A DNA stretch of 35,116 bases from Gemmatimonadales bacterium. GTDB taxonomy: Bacteria > Gemmatimonadota > Gemmatimonadetes > Palauibacterales > Palauibacteraceae. The stretch covers positions 1 to 35,116 of the forward strand of contig JAUVMT010000003.1 in assembly GCA_030600085.1 (NCBI GenBank), given 5' to 3'. Below are positions 16,631-24,438 of the stretch, piece by piece (position 1 is the stretch's first letter; each line of letters opens with the position of its first letter). A program made the position numbers and the translations under genes. Under the pieces are notes generated by a model. It had not been told where the DNA came from, searched no databases, and saw nothing but the letters and a program-made list of their open reading frames with translations.

Positions 16631-17277
16631 GACCCGCGCTACTTGTCATCGCCGCGTATCTGCTGGGTTCGATCCCGTTCGGTTACGCCGCCGGCCGGCT
16701 GGCGCGCATCGATCTCCGGGCTACGGGCAGCGGAAACACGGGGGCGACGAACGTCTATCGATCACTCGGGCTGTGGGGAGCGGTGCCCGTCATTCTGCTG
16801 GACGTGCTCAAGGGCTTCCTGCCCGTGTGGCTGTTTCCGATGTGGGACGGAAAGGCGTGGCCCTATCTGGCGATCGTCTACGGAATCGCGGCTGTGGCGG
16901 GACACGTCTGGTCCGTTTTCCTGCGCCTGCGCGGCGGCAAGGGGGTGGCAACGGCGGCCGGCGTCATGCTGGCATTGGCCCCGATCGCGGCGACGATCGC
17001 AATGCTCGTGTGGGTCGGTCTCGTCCTCATCACCGGGTTCGTGTCCGTCGCATCACTGATCGCCGCCACGCTGATTCCCGTTCTGGCCTACTTCGAGGAC
17101 GCGCCGATCGAGACGATTGTCTTCTCGCTGGGAATCGCGAGCTTCGTCTGGTGGACGCACCGCTCCAATCTGGTTCGCCTCGTCCATGGCGAGGAGCTCG
17201 GATTTCGAGCGGTGCGCCCATTGCGGAGGGCCGGTCGGGAGAAGCCGCGCGAGCCCCCGAAACGGGAGGAGTCGTGA
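16627..17277 (+). CDS. plsY: Glycerol-3-phosphate acyltransferase PlsY
   Basis: YLLGSIPFG, GSGNTGATNVYR, DVLKG, GH...GGKGVAT, HRSNLVRL. Confidence 0.95.
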   Translation: MRPALLVIAAYLLGSIPFGYAAGRLARIDLRATGSGNTGATNVYRSLGLWGAVPVILLDVLKGFLPVWLFPMWDGKAWPYLAIVYGIAAVAGHVWSVFLRLRGGKGVATAAGVMLALAPIAATIAMLVWVGLVLITGFVSVASLIAATLIPVLAYFEDAPIETIVFSLGIASFVWWTHRSNLVRLVHGEELGFRAVRPLRRAGREKPREPPKREES

Positions 17278-18281
17278 GCCGGCCGGTTTGCGTTCTCGGA
17301 GCCGGAAGCTGGGGCACGGCGCTGTCTCACGTGCTGGCCCGAAACGGAGCCAGCACAACCAGCTGGGCTCACAGCGCGGCCGTTGCCGAGGAGATCAACG
17401 GGGACCGTCGCAACACGAAGTACCTGCCAGGGGTCGAGTTGGCGCCGTTCAGAGCTACGACCGTGATCTCCGATGCGGTGGCCGATGCGGGCGTTATCGT
17501 GTGCGTGGTCCCCTCCCACCACGTGCGAGAGGTGCTGGGTCGAGCGAAGCCCGACCTGGCAGGCGAGCTGATCCTGGTGAGTGCATCCAAGGGCATCGAG
17601 GTCGGGACCGACCTGCGGATGAGCGAGCTTTTCTCGGAGGTGCTCGGCGAGGGCACGGCAGCGGATTGCGTGGTGCTATCGGGTCCGAGCTTCGCTGAAG
17701 AGCTTGTGCGGGGACTGCCGACCGCCTGCGCCGCCGCCTCCTCTTCCGAGGCGAACCGACATGAGGTTCAGCGGCTGTTTCAGAACGATCACTTCCGCAT
17801 CTACACGCTTGCCGACGTGGTGGGAACCGAGCTGGGTGGATCGCTCAAGAACGTGATCGCGCTCGCCGCGGGGATTAGCGACGGGCTCCGGTTGGGAAAC
17901 AATGCCCGAGCGGCCTTGATCACACGCGGGCTCGCCGAGATCATCAGGCTGGCGACGCGCCTCGGCGCCGAGGAGCATACTCTGGCTGGCCTCGCCGGGA
18001 TCGGGGATCTTGTCCTGACATGCACCGGCGATCTGAGCCGCAACCGCACGCTGGGCCTGGCAATCGGGGCGGGGCGCTCACTGGACGAGGTGCTGGCGGG
18101 GATGCACAACGTGGTCGAGGGAATCCGAACCACGAGGGCGGCGGTTGAGCTCGCCGGCCGTTATGAAGTGGAGATGCCGATCGCGAGCGCTGTTTACTCG
18201 ATACTATACGAGGGTGTCGCGCCCGCTCAGGCGTTGACGAACCTGATGGCACGGGATCCGAAACCCGAACGCTGGAGCTGA
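17274..18281 (+). CDS. gpsA: NAD(P)H-dependent glycerol-3-phosphate dehydrogenase
   Basis: GAGSWGTAL, SKGIE, LSGPSFA, GGSLKNVIA, GDLVLTC..SRNR. GTG 17274 overlaps the plsY stop and follows GGAGG. Confidence 0.96.
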   Translation: MSRPVCVLGAGSWGTALSHVLARNGASTTSWAHSAAVAEEINGDRRNTKYLPGVELAPFRATTVISDAVADAGVIVCVVPSHHVREVLGRAKPDLAGELILVSASKGIEVGTDLRMSELFSEVLGEGTAADCVVLSGPSFAEELVRGLPTACAAASSSEANRHEVQRLFQNDHFRIYTLADVVGTELGGSLKNVIALAAGISDGLRLGNNARAALITRGLAEIIRLATRLGAEEHTLAGLAGIGDLVLTCTGDLSRNRTLGLAIGAGRSLDEVLAGMHNVVEGIRTTRAAVELAGRYEVEMPIASAVYSILYEGVAPAQALTNLMARDPKPERWS

Positions 18282-18286
18282 GCACG

Positions 18287-18640
18287 TTGAACGACCGAAT
18301 CGCAGCCAAGGAGTACTACTCGATCGGCGAGGTGTGTGGGATCACCGATCTCAAGCCGCACGTCCTGCGTTACTGGGAGAGCCAGTTCCCGGTGCTTAAG
18401 CCGACAAAGAACGCGGCCGGAAACCGCGTGTACCGGCGCCGGGAGATCAAGCTCATCCAGCTCCTTCGGCATCTCCTCTACCGCGAGAAGTACACGATCG
18501 ATGGAGCCCGTCAGAAGCTGGATCAACTGCGGAAGCAGGGCAAGTTGGCGAAAGCCTCTCGACTTGCCATGGACGCGGAGATGGTGCGTGATGTGCGCCG
18601 AGAAGTGGATTCACTGGTCGAGGTGCTCGGCTCGGTTTGA
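18287..18640 (+). CDS. MerR-family HTH transcriptional regulator
   Basis: YYSIGEV..PHVLRYWESQF..P.KNAAGNRVY...YTIDGARQKL; TTG start. Confidence 0.9.
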   Translation: MNDRIAAKEYYSIGEVCGITDLKPHVLRYWESQFPVLKPTKNAAGNRVYRRREIKLIQLLRHLLYREKYTIDGARQKLDQLRKQGKLAKASRLAMDAEMVRDVRREVDSLVEVLGSV

Positions 18641-19449
18641 TCTCGCACCAGACATCCCCGCCGGAAGGCGCCCGTGACGAGGACGCGCGCCCCCTGTTCC
18701 TCTGCACGAACGACGACGGGATCCATGCGTTCGGGCTTGAGCTTCTCATCCAGGCTGCAGGGAAGCTGGGCGAGGTCTTCGTGGTGGCCCCCGACCGTCA
18801 GAGAAGCGCTTCGAGTCAGTCGCTGACGCTGCGCAGCCGCATAACGAAGACAGAGGAGTCCGCCGGTCGGCTCGCGCTGAGCGGCACTCCGACCGATTGC
18901 GTCCTCATCGCCGTCGAGAAGTTGTGCGAGCAGCTATACGAGCGTCCGCCGAAGTTCGTTCTCTCCGGCGTGAATCACGGCCCCAACATGGGCGAAGACG
19001 TTCTCTACTCCGGCACCGTGGCGGCCGCGATAGAGGGCACGATCCTCGGCGTTCCGTCGATCGCCGTCTCCTTCATGGGTCAGGATGACGACCGTTTGGC
19101 CGGCTACGCCGACTTGCTGGAACGCCTCCTGCGGGGTCTCGTCACGAGAGATGACTTTCCCGAGGAGACGCTGTTGAACATCAACCTGCCCGACCTGCCG
19201 GCGAGCGAGGTTCGAGGGTCCCGCGTGACGGTTCTCGATAGTCGCCAGTACGTGGGTTCGGTCAACCGGCTCGATCCGGCCGGCCGTGACGAGTTTTGGA
19301 TCGGGGATGGCACGCCGGACTGGAAGGGGCGCGCCGATTCGGATTTCAGTGCCGTGGATGCGGGGTACGTATCGATCACGCCGCTGCACCTCGATCTCAC
19401 GAACTTTCGGCTCATCGAAAAGGTGAGGAATTGGCCGCTCGAGCTCTGA
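18637..19449 (+). CDS. surE: 5'/3'-nucleotidase SurE
   Basis: TNDDG, VVAPD, GTPTDCV, SGVNHGPN, YSGTVAAA, GYVSITPL. Confidence 0.95.
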   Translation: MISHQTSPPEGARDEDARPLFLCTNDDGIHAFGLELLIQAAGKLGEVFVVAPDRQRSASSQSLTLRSRITKTEESAGRLALSGTPTDCVLIAVEKLCEQLYERPPKFVLSGVNHGPNMGEDVLYSGTVAAAIEGTILGVPSIAVSFMGQDDDRLAGYADLLERLLRGLVTRDDFPEETLLNINLPDLPASEVRGSRVTVLDSRQYVGSVNRLDPAGRDEFWIGDGTPDWKGRADSDFSAVDAGYVSITPLHLDLTNFRLIEKVRNWPLEL

Positions 19450-20081
19450 CCGGCGCCTATCAGAGGGATCGGCACCGCCTCGTCGAGCGATTGCAGGCAT
19501 CCGGCATCGAAGATCTGGCGATCCTGCACGCCTTCGCGTCGGTTCCTCGCCACCGTTTCGTGCCGGAGGCGGTCCGCCAGCGGGCCTACGACAACGCCGC
19601 CTTGCCCATCGGCTACGGACAGACGATCTCCCGGCCAGGAGTGCACGCACTGCATCTTGCGTTCTGCGAGCTCGGTGGCGACGAGCGCGTGCTCGAGATC
19701 GGTACCGGATCCGGCTTCCAGACCGCGCTGCTGTCATTGCTTGCGGGCGAAGTGTACAGCATTGAGCGGGTTCCTGAGCTGGCGGAATCCGCTCGGCAGG
19801 CGCTGCAGGAATCGGGCGTGGATGGCGTGCACCTGGCGATCGGAGATGGAAGCGCCGGCTGGCCGGAGGCCGCGCCCTTCGACGTCATCCTGATTGGGGC
19901 GGCCACTCCCGAGCCTCCCGCCCGTCTATACGGGCAGCTGGCGCCCGGCGGTCGACTCCTGGTGCCGGTCGGTGATCCCGCGCATCAGGAGCTGGTTCGG
20001 GTCCGGGCCCGGGGGGGATCTTTCGACGTGGAGACGATCGATCGCGCGCGCTTCGTGCCGCTCATCGCCGAGTGCAGCTGA
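19431..20081 (+). CDS. pcm: Protein-L-isoaspartate O-methyltransferase
   Basis: VPRHRFVP, ALPIGYGQTIS, VLEIGTGSGFQ, GDGSAGWPEAAPFD, QLAPGGRLLVPVG, RFVPL. The TTG 19431 start is approximate. Confidence 0.93.
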   Translation: MAARALTGAYQRDRHRLVERLQASGIEDLAILHAFASVPRHRFVPEAVRQRAYDNAALPIGYGQTISRPGVHALHLAFCELGGDERVLEIGTGSGFQTALLSLLAGEVYSIERVPELAESARQALQESGVDGVHLAIGDGSAGWPEAAPFDVILIGAATPEPPARLYGQLAPGGRLLVPVGDPAHQELVRVRARGGSFDVETIDRARFVPLIAECS

Positions 20082-20722
20082 TGCCCGCCGTGGGTTCGAG
20101 TGCTGGGGCAGGGGAGGCGAGGGGCAAGCCTGGCCCCTTTCGTAGGCTCTATCATTGGGTGCTGGATTGGGCCCACCGTCCCGGCGGCCCCATAGCGCTG
20201 TTCGGCATTGCGGCCGCCGAGTCATTCATCTTCCCGATTCCGCCCGACGTGCTGCTGATTCCGCTTTGTCTCGGAAACCCTCGGCGGGCGCTACGGTTCG
20301 CGGCTTTGTGCACGGTGGGGTCGGTGCTCGGTGCCATGCTGGGCTACCTCATCGGCCTCGGGCTTTACGAGAGCGTCGGACGGCCGATCATGGAGTTGTA
20401 CGGGTACGCCGACGAGTATGCGGCGATCGGCCGGGCCTACCGACAGAACCTGGTCCTCGCGCTGGGTACCGCGGGCTTCACGCCGATTCCGTTCAAGGTG
20501 TTCACCATCGCGGCCGGTGGCTTCCAGGTGCCGTTTCTCCCGTTCGTGGCCGTCACGGCGGTGAGCAGGGGGATGCGCTTCTTTCTCGTGGCCGGCCTGA
20601 TTCGGGCCTTCGGCGAGCCGATTCGGGAGTTCATCGAGCGGTACTTCAATCTCCTCACGCTGGTCTTCACGGTGCTCCTGATTGGTGGCTTCGTGGTTCT
20701 CGGAGTCCTCTCCGCGCGTTGA
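20081..20722 (+). CDS. YqaA/DedA-family (VTT) membrane protein
   Basis: ESFIFPIPPDVLLIPL, GSVLG...GY, AGFTPIPFKVFTI, SRGMRFF; TGATG overlap with pcm. Confidence 0.88.
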   Translation: MPAVGSSAGAGEARGKPGPFRRLYHWVLDWAHRPGGPIALFGIAAAESFIFPIPPDVLLIPLCLGNPRRALRFAALCTVGSVLGAMLGYLIGLGLYESVGRPIMELYGYADEYAAIGRAYRQNLVLALGTAGFTPIPFKVFTIAAGGFQVPFLPFVAVTAVSRGMRFFLVAGLIRAFGEPIREFIERYFNLLTLVFTVLLIGGFVVLGVLSAR

Positions 20723-20748
20723 CGCTTCCTTCCTTCGGCCGGTAGCTT
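20719..20748 (+). promoter_or_regulatory. Putative sigma70-type promoter giving a near-leaderless apt mRNA
   Basis: TTGACG-N18-TAGCTT ends 9 bp before the apt ATG; no Shine-Dalgarno sequence. Confidence 0.5.
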
Positions 20749-20757
20749 CCTGAGCCT

Positions 20758-21360
20758 ATGAACCAGAGTGAGACGGCCGGCGACCCGCCGGCAGGGGCCG
20801 AAGAGGCCGAAGCGGCGTTCACGCCCGCGCGGGCGGAGGAGGTCGCAGAACGCGTCAGGCAGCGGCTGCGCGACTATCCGGATTTCCCGCGGCCGGGAAT
20901 TCTCTTCCGGGACGTGATGCCCCTGTTCCAGGATCACGTTCTGTTCTCCGACGTGATCGATGTCCTCGCGGATCATGCCAGCGCGGTCCGCGCGGAGAAG
21001 ATCGCCGGCATAGAGGCTCGCGGCTTTCTATTCGGGGTTCCCGTCGGTCTGCGGCTAGGCGTCCCGTTCATCGCCGTGCGGAAGAAGGGCAGGCTGCCGG
21101 GTGAGACGATCGCCGCCGAATACGCGCTCGAGTACGGCAGCTCCCATCTGGAGCTCCAGGCCGATGCGATCAGGCCCGGCGAGCGTGTTCTGATCATCGA
21201 CGACCTCCTGGCGACGGGCGGAACGGCAGCGGCCACCGCTTCGCTCATCGAAGAGCTCGGCGGCACCGTGGCTGCGCTCCAGGTTCTCGTCGAGCTGGCA
21301 GCTCTCCCCGGAAGAGAAGCGATGAACTCGTACAACATATTTGCGTTACTTACCTTATAA
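20758..21360 (+). CDS. apt: Adenine phosphoribosyltransferase
   Basis: PDFPRPGILFRD, GIEARGFLFG, RKKGRLPG, YALEYG, PRPP motif VLIIDDLLATGGT. Confidence 0.96.
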   Translation: MNQSETAGDPPAGAEEAEAAFTPARAEEVAERVRQRLRDYPDFPRPGILFRDVMPLFQDHVLFSDVIDVLADHASAVRAEKIAGIEARGFLFGVPVGLRLGVPFIAVRKKGRLPGETIAAEYALEYGSSHLELQADAIRPGERVLIIDDLLATGGTAAATASLIEELGGTVAALQVLVELAALPGREAMNSYNIFALLTL

Positions 21361-21394
21361 TCAGTTATCTAACCCTGATAGAGAAGTAGGATAG
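21331..21394 (+). promoter_or_regulatory. AT-rich putative promoter region for the downstream gene
   Basis: Exact TATAAT at 21356-21361 inside an unusually AT-rich patch; AGTAGG RBS-like sequence before ATG 21395; no clear -35. Confidence 0.4.
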
Positions 21395-22222
21395 ATGCCC
21401 GGAGCCCTAGCCAAGAAGAAGCGGAAGGACGAGCTCTCCCAGGAGGACCGATTCCTCCAGTCCATCGAAGAGGTAAGCGCGTGGATGAAGGCCCATACGC
21501 GTGCCGTCCTCATGATCTCGGTCGGCCTCGTACTCTTCGTGGGCGGCGTCCTGTATTACCGGAGCTATCGCGAGAGCCTGCGCACGCGAGCGGCGATAGA
21601 GCTGAACCAGCTTCGCGCGACGCTTACGGTCGCTGACGCCGTCCCACGATTGACCGGTTTCGTGGCGCGATTCGACGGGACCCCCGCCGCGACGGAGGGT
21701 CGCTTGCTCCTCGCCAAGATCCAGCTACAAAGCGGACAGCCCCAAGCGGCGCTCAGTATCCTCGGTCCGATCACCTCAGAACCCGTGGATGTCCCGAGTG
21801 GCTACGCCGTCAAGCTCCTTCTCGCCGAAGCGTACAAGAGCGCCGGGGAGTACGAGCGGTCCCTCGACGAGCTGGACGCGATTATCGGCGGCGCCTACGT
21901 GCCCTATCAGCGGCACCGCGCGCTGGCAGAGCGGGGAAGGCTGCTTGCGGCCCTCGGCCGCCTCGAGGAGGCTGCGGTGGCCTACCAGCGCCTCGTGGAC
22001 GACGACAGCGCCACGGATGACCTCTATCGGGTGCGTCTCGGCGAGATCCAGGCCATGATCGCATCGGGCGCGACGCCTCAGCCGACGACGTTCTCGGCGC
22101 CAGCGTCAGCTCCTCCCGAGGAGGGCGTTGGGTCTCTAATGCCGGGAGCGGATGGCGTCGATACGGTATCCACCCCCGACTCCGTGGCCACCGACTCGGC
22201 GCCGGCTGGAGGCTCCGGCTAG
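21395..22222 (+). CDS. YfgM-like membrane-anchored TPR protein
   Basis: Basic N-terminus, EDRFL...W, single TM helix ending VLYYRSY, TPR-like helices, low-complexity tail. Confidence 0.75.
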   Translation: MPGALAKKKRKDELSQEDRFLQSIEEVSAWMKAHTRAVLMISVGLVLFVGGVLYYRSYRESLRTRAAIELNQLRATLTVADAVPRLTGFVARFDGTPAATEGRLLLAKIQLQSGQPQAALSILGPITSEPVDVPSGYAVKLLLAEAYKSAGEYERSLDELDAIIGGAYVPYQRHRALAERGRLLAALGRLEEAAVAYQRLVDDDSATDDLYRVRLGEIQAMIASGATPQPTTFSAPASAPPEEGVGSLMPGADGVDTVSTPDSVATDSAPAGGSG

Positions 22223-22455
22223 CGCGGGCCCAGCGATCCGGTCCGACCTGCAACGACCATCCCCGATCCCTTCGACGCCTTTTCACGCCTCTCTGCGCTC
22301 CCAGGGCCTCCGGGTCCGCCCCTAGGCCCCTAGCCCTCGGGGATCTCGGTTTCGCCGTCCTAACGCCTTCTGAGGGCTTTCTTCCTGTCTCGCGCCTGCC
22401 CTCGAGCCTTCCTTTCAAAAGCGGCGCCCGTTCGGTCTTGCATCCCCGTTGGCGA

Positions 22456-22483
22456 ACGGCGCATAATGTACATTATGTAAACT
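22456..22483 (+). other. dif site (XerC/XerD chromosome dimer resolution site)
   Basis: ACGGCGCATAA-TGTACA-TTATGTAAACT versus E. coli dif GGTGCGCATAA-TGTATA-TTATGTTAAAT; intergenic, at the point where gene orientation flips. Confidence 0.92.
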
Positions 22484-22616
22484 AGCGGTAGGCGACGGTC
22501 CCCAACGGTCCGTCCCTTGATGGAAGGTCACATTCCCTTCTCCGGCCTTCTCCGATGCTTCTCACGTCACCTGAGTCGACTCGAGCTAGCTGGTAGTGCG
22601 CGTTGTGAGTTAGAGC

Positions 22617-23447
22617 TCAGAGACGGCCGACGATGCCCTTGAAACGAAGCCACCAGACGCGCCAGATCGCCTCGCGCACGATCCGGCCGGACATCTTGCT
22701 CTCCCCCTCGGCGCGCTCGACGAAGACGATCGGGATCTCGGCGATGTCGAAGCCGGCCTTCCAGGCCCGAAAGTTCATCTCGATCTGGAAGGCATAGCCG
22801 GTGGAGGCGACACGATCGAAGTCGATCGCCTTGAGGACCTCTCGCCGAAAGCACTTGAAACCGGCCGTGCTATCCGTGAGACGGAGGCCGGTGACCCACC
22901 TGGCGTACTTGTTGGCGCCATAGCTCAGCAAAAGCCTGGACATCGGCCAATTCACGACGTTGACCCCTCGGAGGTAGCGGGAGCCCACGACAACGTCGTG
23001 GGACTCGATCGCGCTCAGGAAGTCGCTCAGATAGGCGGGATCGTGCGACAGATCGGAATCCATCTCGAAAAGGACGTCGTATCCGCGCTCCAGGCCTTCG
23101 CGGAAGCCGGCGAGGTAGGCCGAGCCGAGGCCCAGCTTCCCGGAGCGGCGAAGGACGAAGATCCGGTCGCTCCGCCCCGCCATCTCCTCGGCGAGATCCC
23201 CGGTCCCGTCCGGAGAGGCGTCATCGACGACGAGCACGTCGAGTCGGTCGTCTTGCTCGAGGATTCGGGGCACGATCTTCCCGAGGCTCTCCCGCTCGTT
23301 GAACGTCGGGAGCACCACGAGCCCCCTTCCCCCTCCGCTCGCCCCCGTTCGGAGCTCGTCGGGACGTGACTCTCCGGAGCGGGGCTCGCCCGTCGAGGGC
23401 GTCATCCGCTCGTCGACCACGTCGTTCGAGGTCGCGTCTTCACGCAT
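22617..23447 (-). CDS. Polyprenol-phosphate mannose synthase-like GT2 (DPM1/Ppm1 type)
   Basis: LPTFNE, VVDDASPDGTG, KLGLGSAY..GF, EMDSDLSH, GSRY, DSTAGFKCFRR, GYAFQIE, EIPIVFVER..GESKMS. Start 23447 or 23405. Confidence 0.88.
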   Translation of the reverse strand: MREDATSNDVVDERMTPSTGEPRSGESRPDELRTGASGGGRGLVVLPTFNERESLGKIVPRILEQDDRLDVLVVDDASPDGTGDLAEEMAGRSDRIFVLRRSGKLGLGSAYLAGFREGLERGYDVLFEMDSDLSHDPAYLSDFLSAIESHDVVVGSRYLRGVNVVNWPMSRLLLSYGANKYARWVTGLRLTDSTAGFKCFRREVLKAIDFDRVASTGYAFQIEMNFRAWKAGFDIAEIPIVFVERAEGESKMSGRIVREAIWRVWWLRFKGIVGRL

Positions 23448-24417
23448 CGTCCGGCGTCTTTCCTTTACCGAGGCCGCCGCGCAGGAGCACGGCGATGCCG
23501 AACGCCGCCAGCTCGGAGACGATCGTCCAGAGGCGCGCGAGCACGGCGATCCCCATCGCGGCTGCCGCCGGAAGCGGCGTTGCAATCGTGAGCAGCAGCG
23601 TCATCGCACCCTCCCGAACGATGAGGCCGCCTGGCGTCACGATGGCGAGGTAGCCCGCCACGTAGCTGGCCGCGAAGACCCCGGTGAGCGTCCGGATGTC
23701 ACCCACCGGCGCCTCCGACACCCCCGCGATCAGGAACCAGAGGCCCGCCCCGTAAACCCACCAGGCCAGCAGGAGTGCCACCCCGAGCGTCCAGGAGTAG
23801 GCACCGCCGGTCGGGCGCTCGCGCTCGATCACGGAGGAGACCGCGGGGCCGTCCTCTCGCAGCAGCTTGGCGAGTGCAGCGGTGGCTCGACGAAGGACCG
23901 TCGGGTGAAGGGTCAGGGCGAGCCCGACGGCGAGGCCGATCGGCAGCAGGATAGAGCCTCCGAAGGCGTCTCCGATCCGATTCCCGAGCGTCAGGAGAGC
24001 GGCGGCGATCCCGCTCACCAGCACCACGATCTGGAAGACGAGCGCCGACACGAGCGCCACGGAGCCAGATCGGCCCGTGCTCCGCATGAACGCCGCCAGC
24101 CCCGCCAGCTGCCAGACCTTCCCGGGGATGTAACGTCCCAGGTTGCTGCCGACCCAGGCCGCCACTCCCTCCGGATACCGGACGTCCTCGCCCAATCGGC
24201 GAGCGAGCCAGGTCCACAGGGCCGCCATGCCGAGAAGGTTCACCGTACCAAGCCCGAGGGCGGCGAGAAGCCATCCCGGCCGGGCGCTCCAGGTGCCGCT
24301 CGTCGATCCCCCAAGCTCGGCGAAGGCGCTCCACTGGCCCTGGAGGACGAGCAGGATGAACACAAGCGCCGCGAGCAGGAAGGCGGCGAGCGCGAACCGT
24401 TTCCACCGATCGGTCAA
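23440..24417 (-). CDS. UPF0104 / lysylphosphatidylglycerol-synthase-TM-like membrane protein (putative flippase)
   Basis: About 8 TM helices, SNLGRYIPGKVW and TPGGLIVREG motifs; TTG start. Confidence 0.8.
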   Translation of the reverse strand: MTDRWKRFALAAFLLAALVFILLVLQGQWSAFAELGGSTSGTWSARPGWLLAALGLGTVNLLGMAALWTWLARRLGEDVRYPEGVAAWVGSNLGRYIPGKVWQLAGLAAFMRSTGRSGSVALVSALVFQIVVLVSGIAAALLTLGNRIGDAFGGSILLPIGLAVGLALTLHPTVLRRATAALAKLLREDGPAVSSVIERERPTGGAYSWTLGVALLLAWWVYGAGLWFLIAGVSEAPVGDIRTLTGVFAASYVAGYLAIVTPGGLIVREGAMTLLLTIATPLPAAAAMGIAVLARLWTIVSELAAFGIAVLLRGGLGKGKTPDDA

Positions 24418-24438
24418 GGGGACCCCGTGACCCTCTTA

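Noticed and set aside
22484-22616. Short palindromes and repeats right of dif (GAGTCGACTC, AGCTAGCT, CCTTCTCCG x2) as a relic of an integrated element
   Set aside because: Too short to be significant; no second dif-like site or mobile gene was seen.
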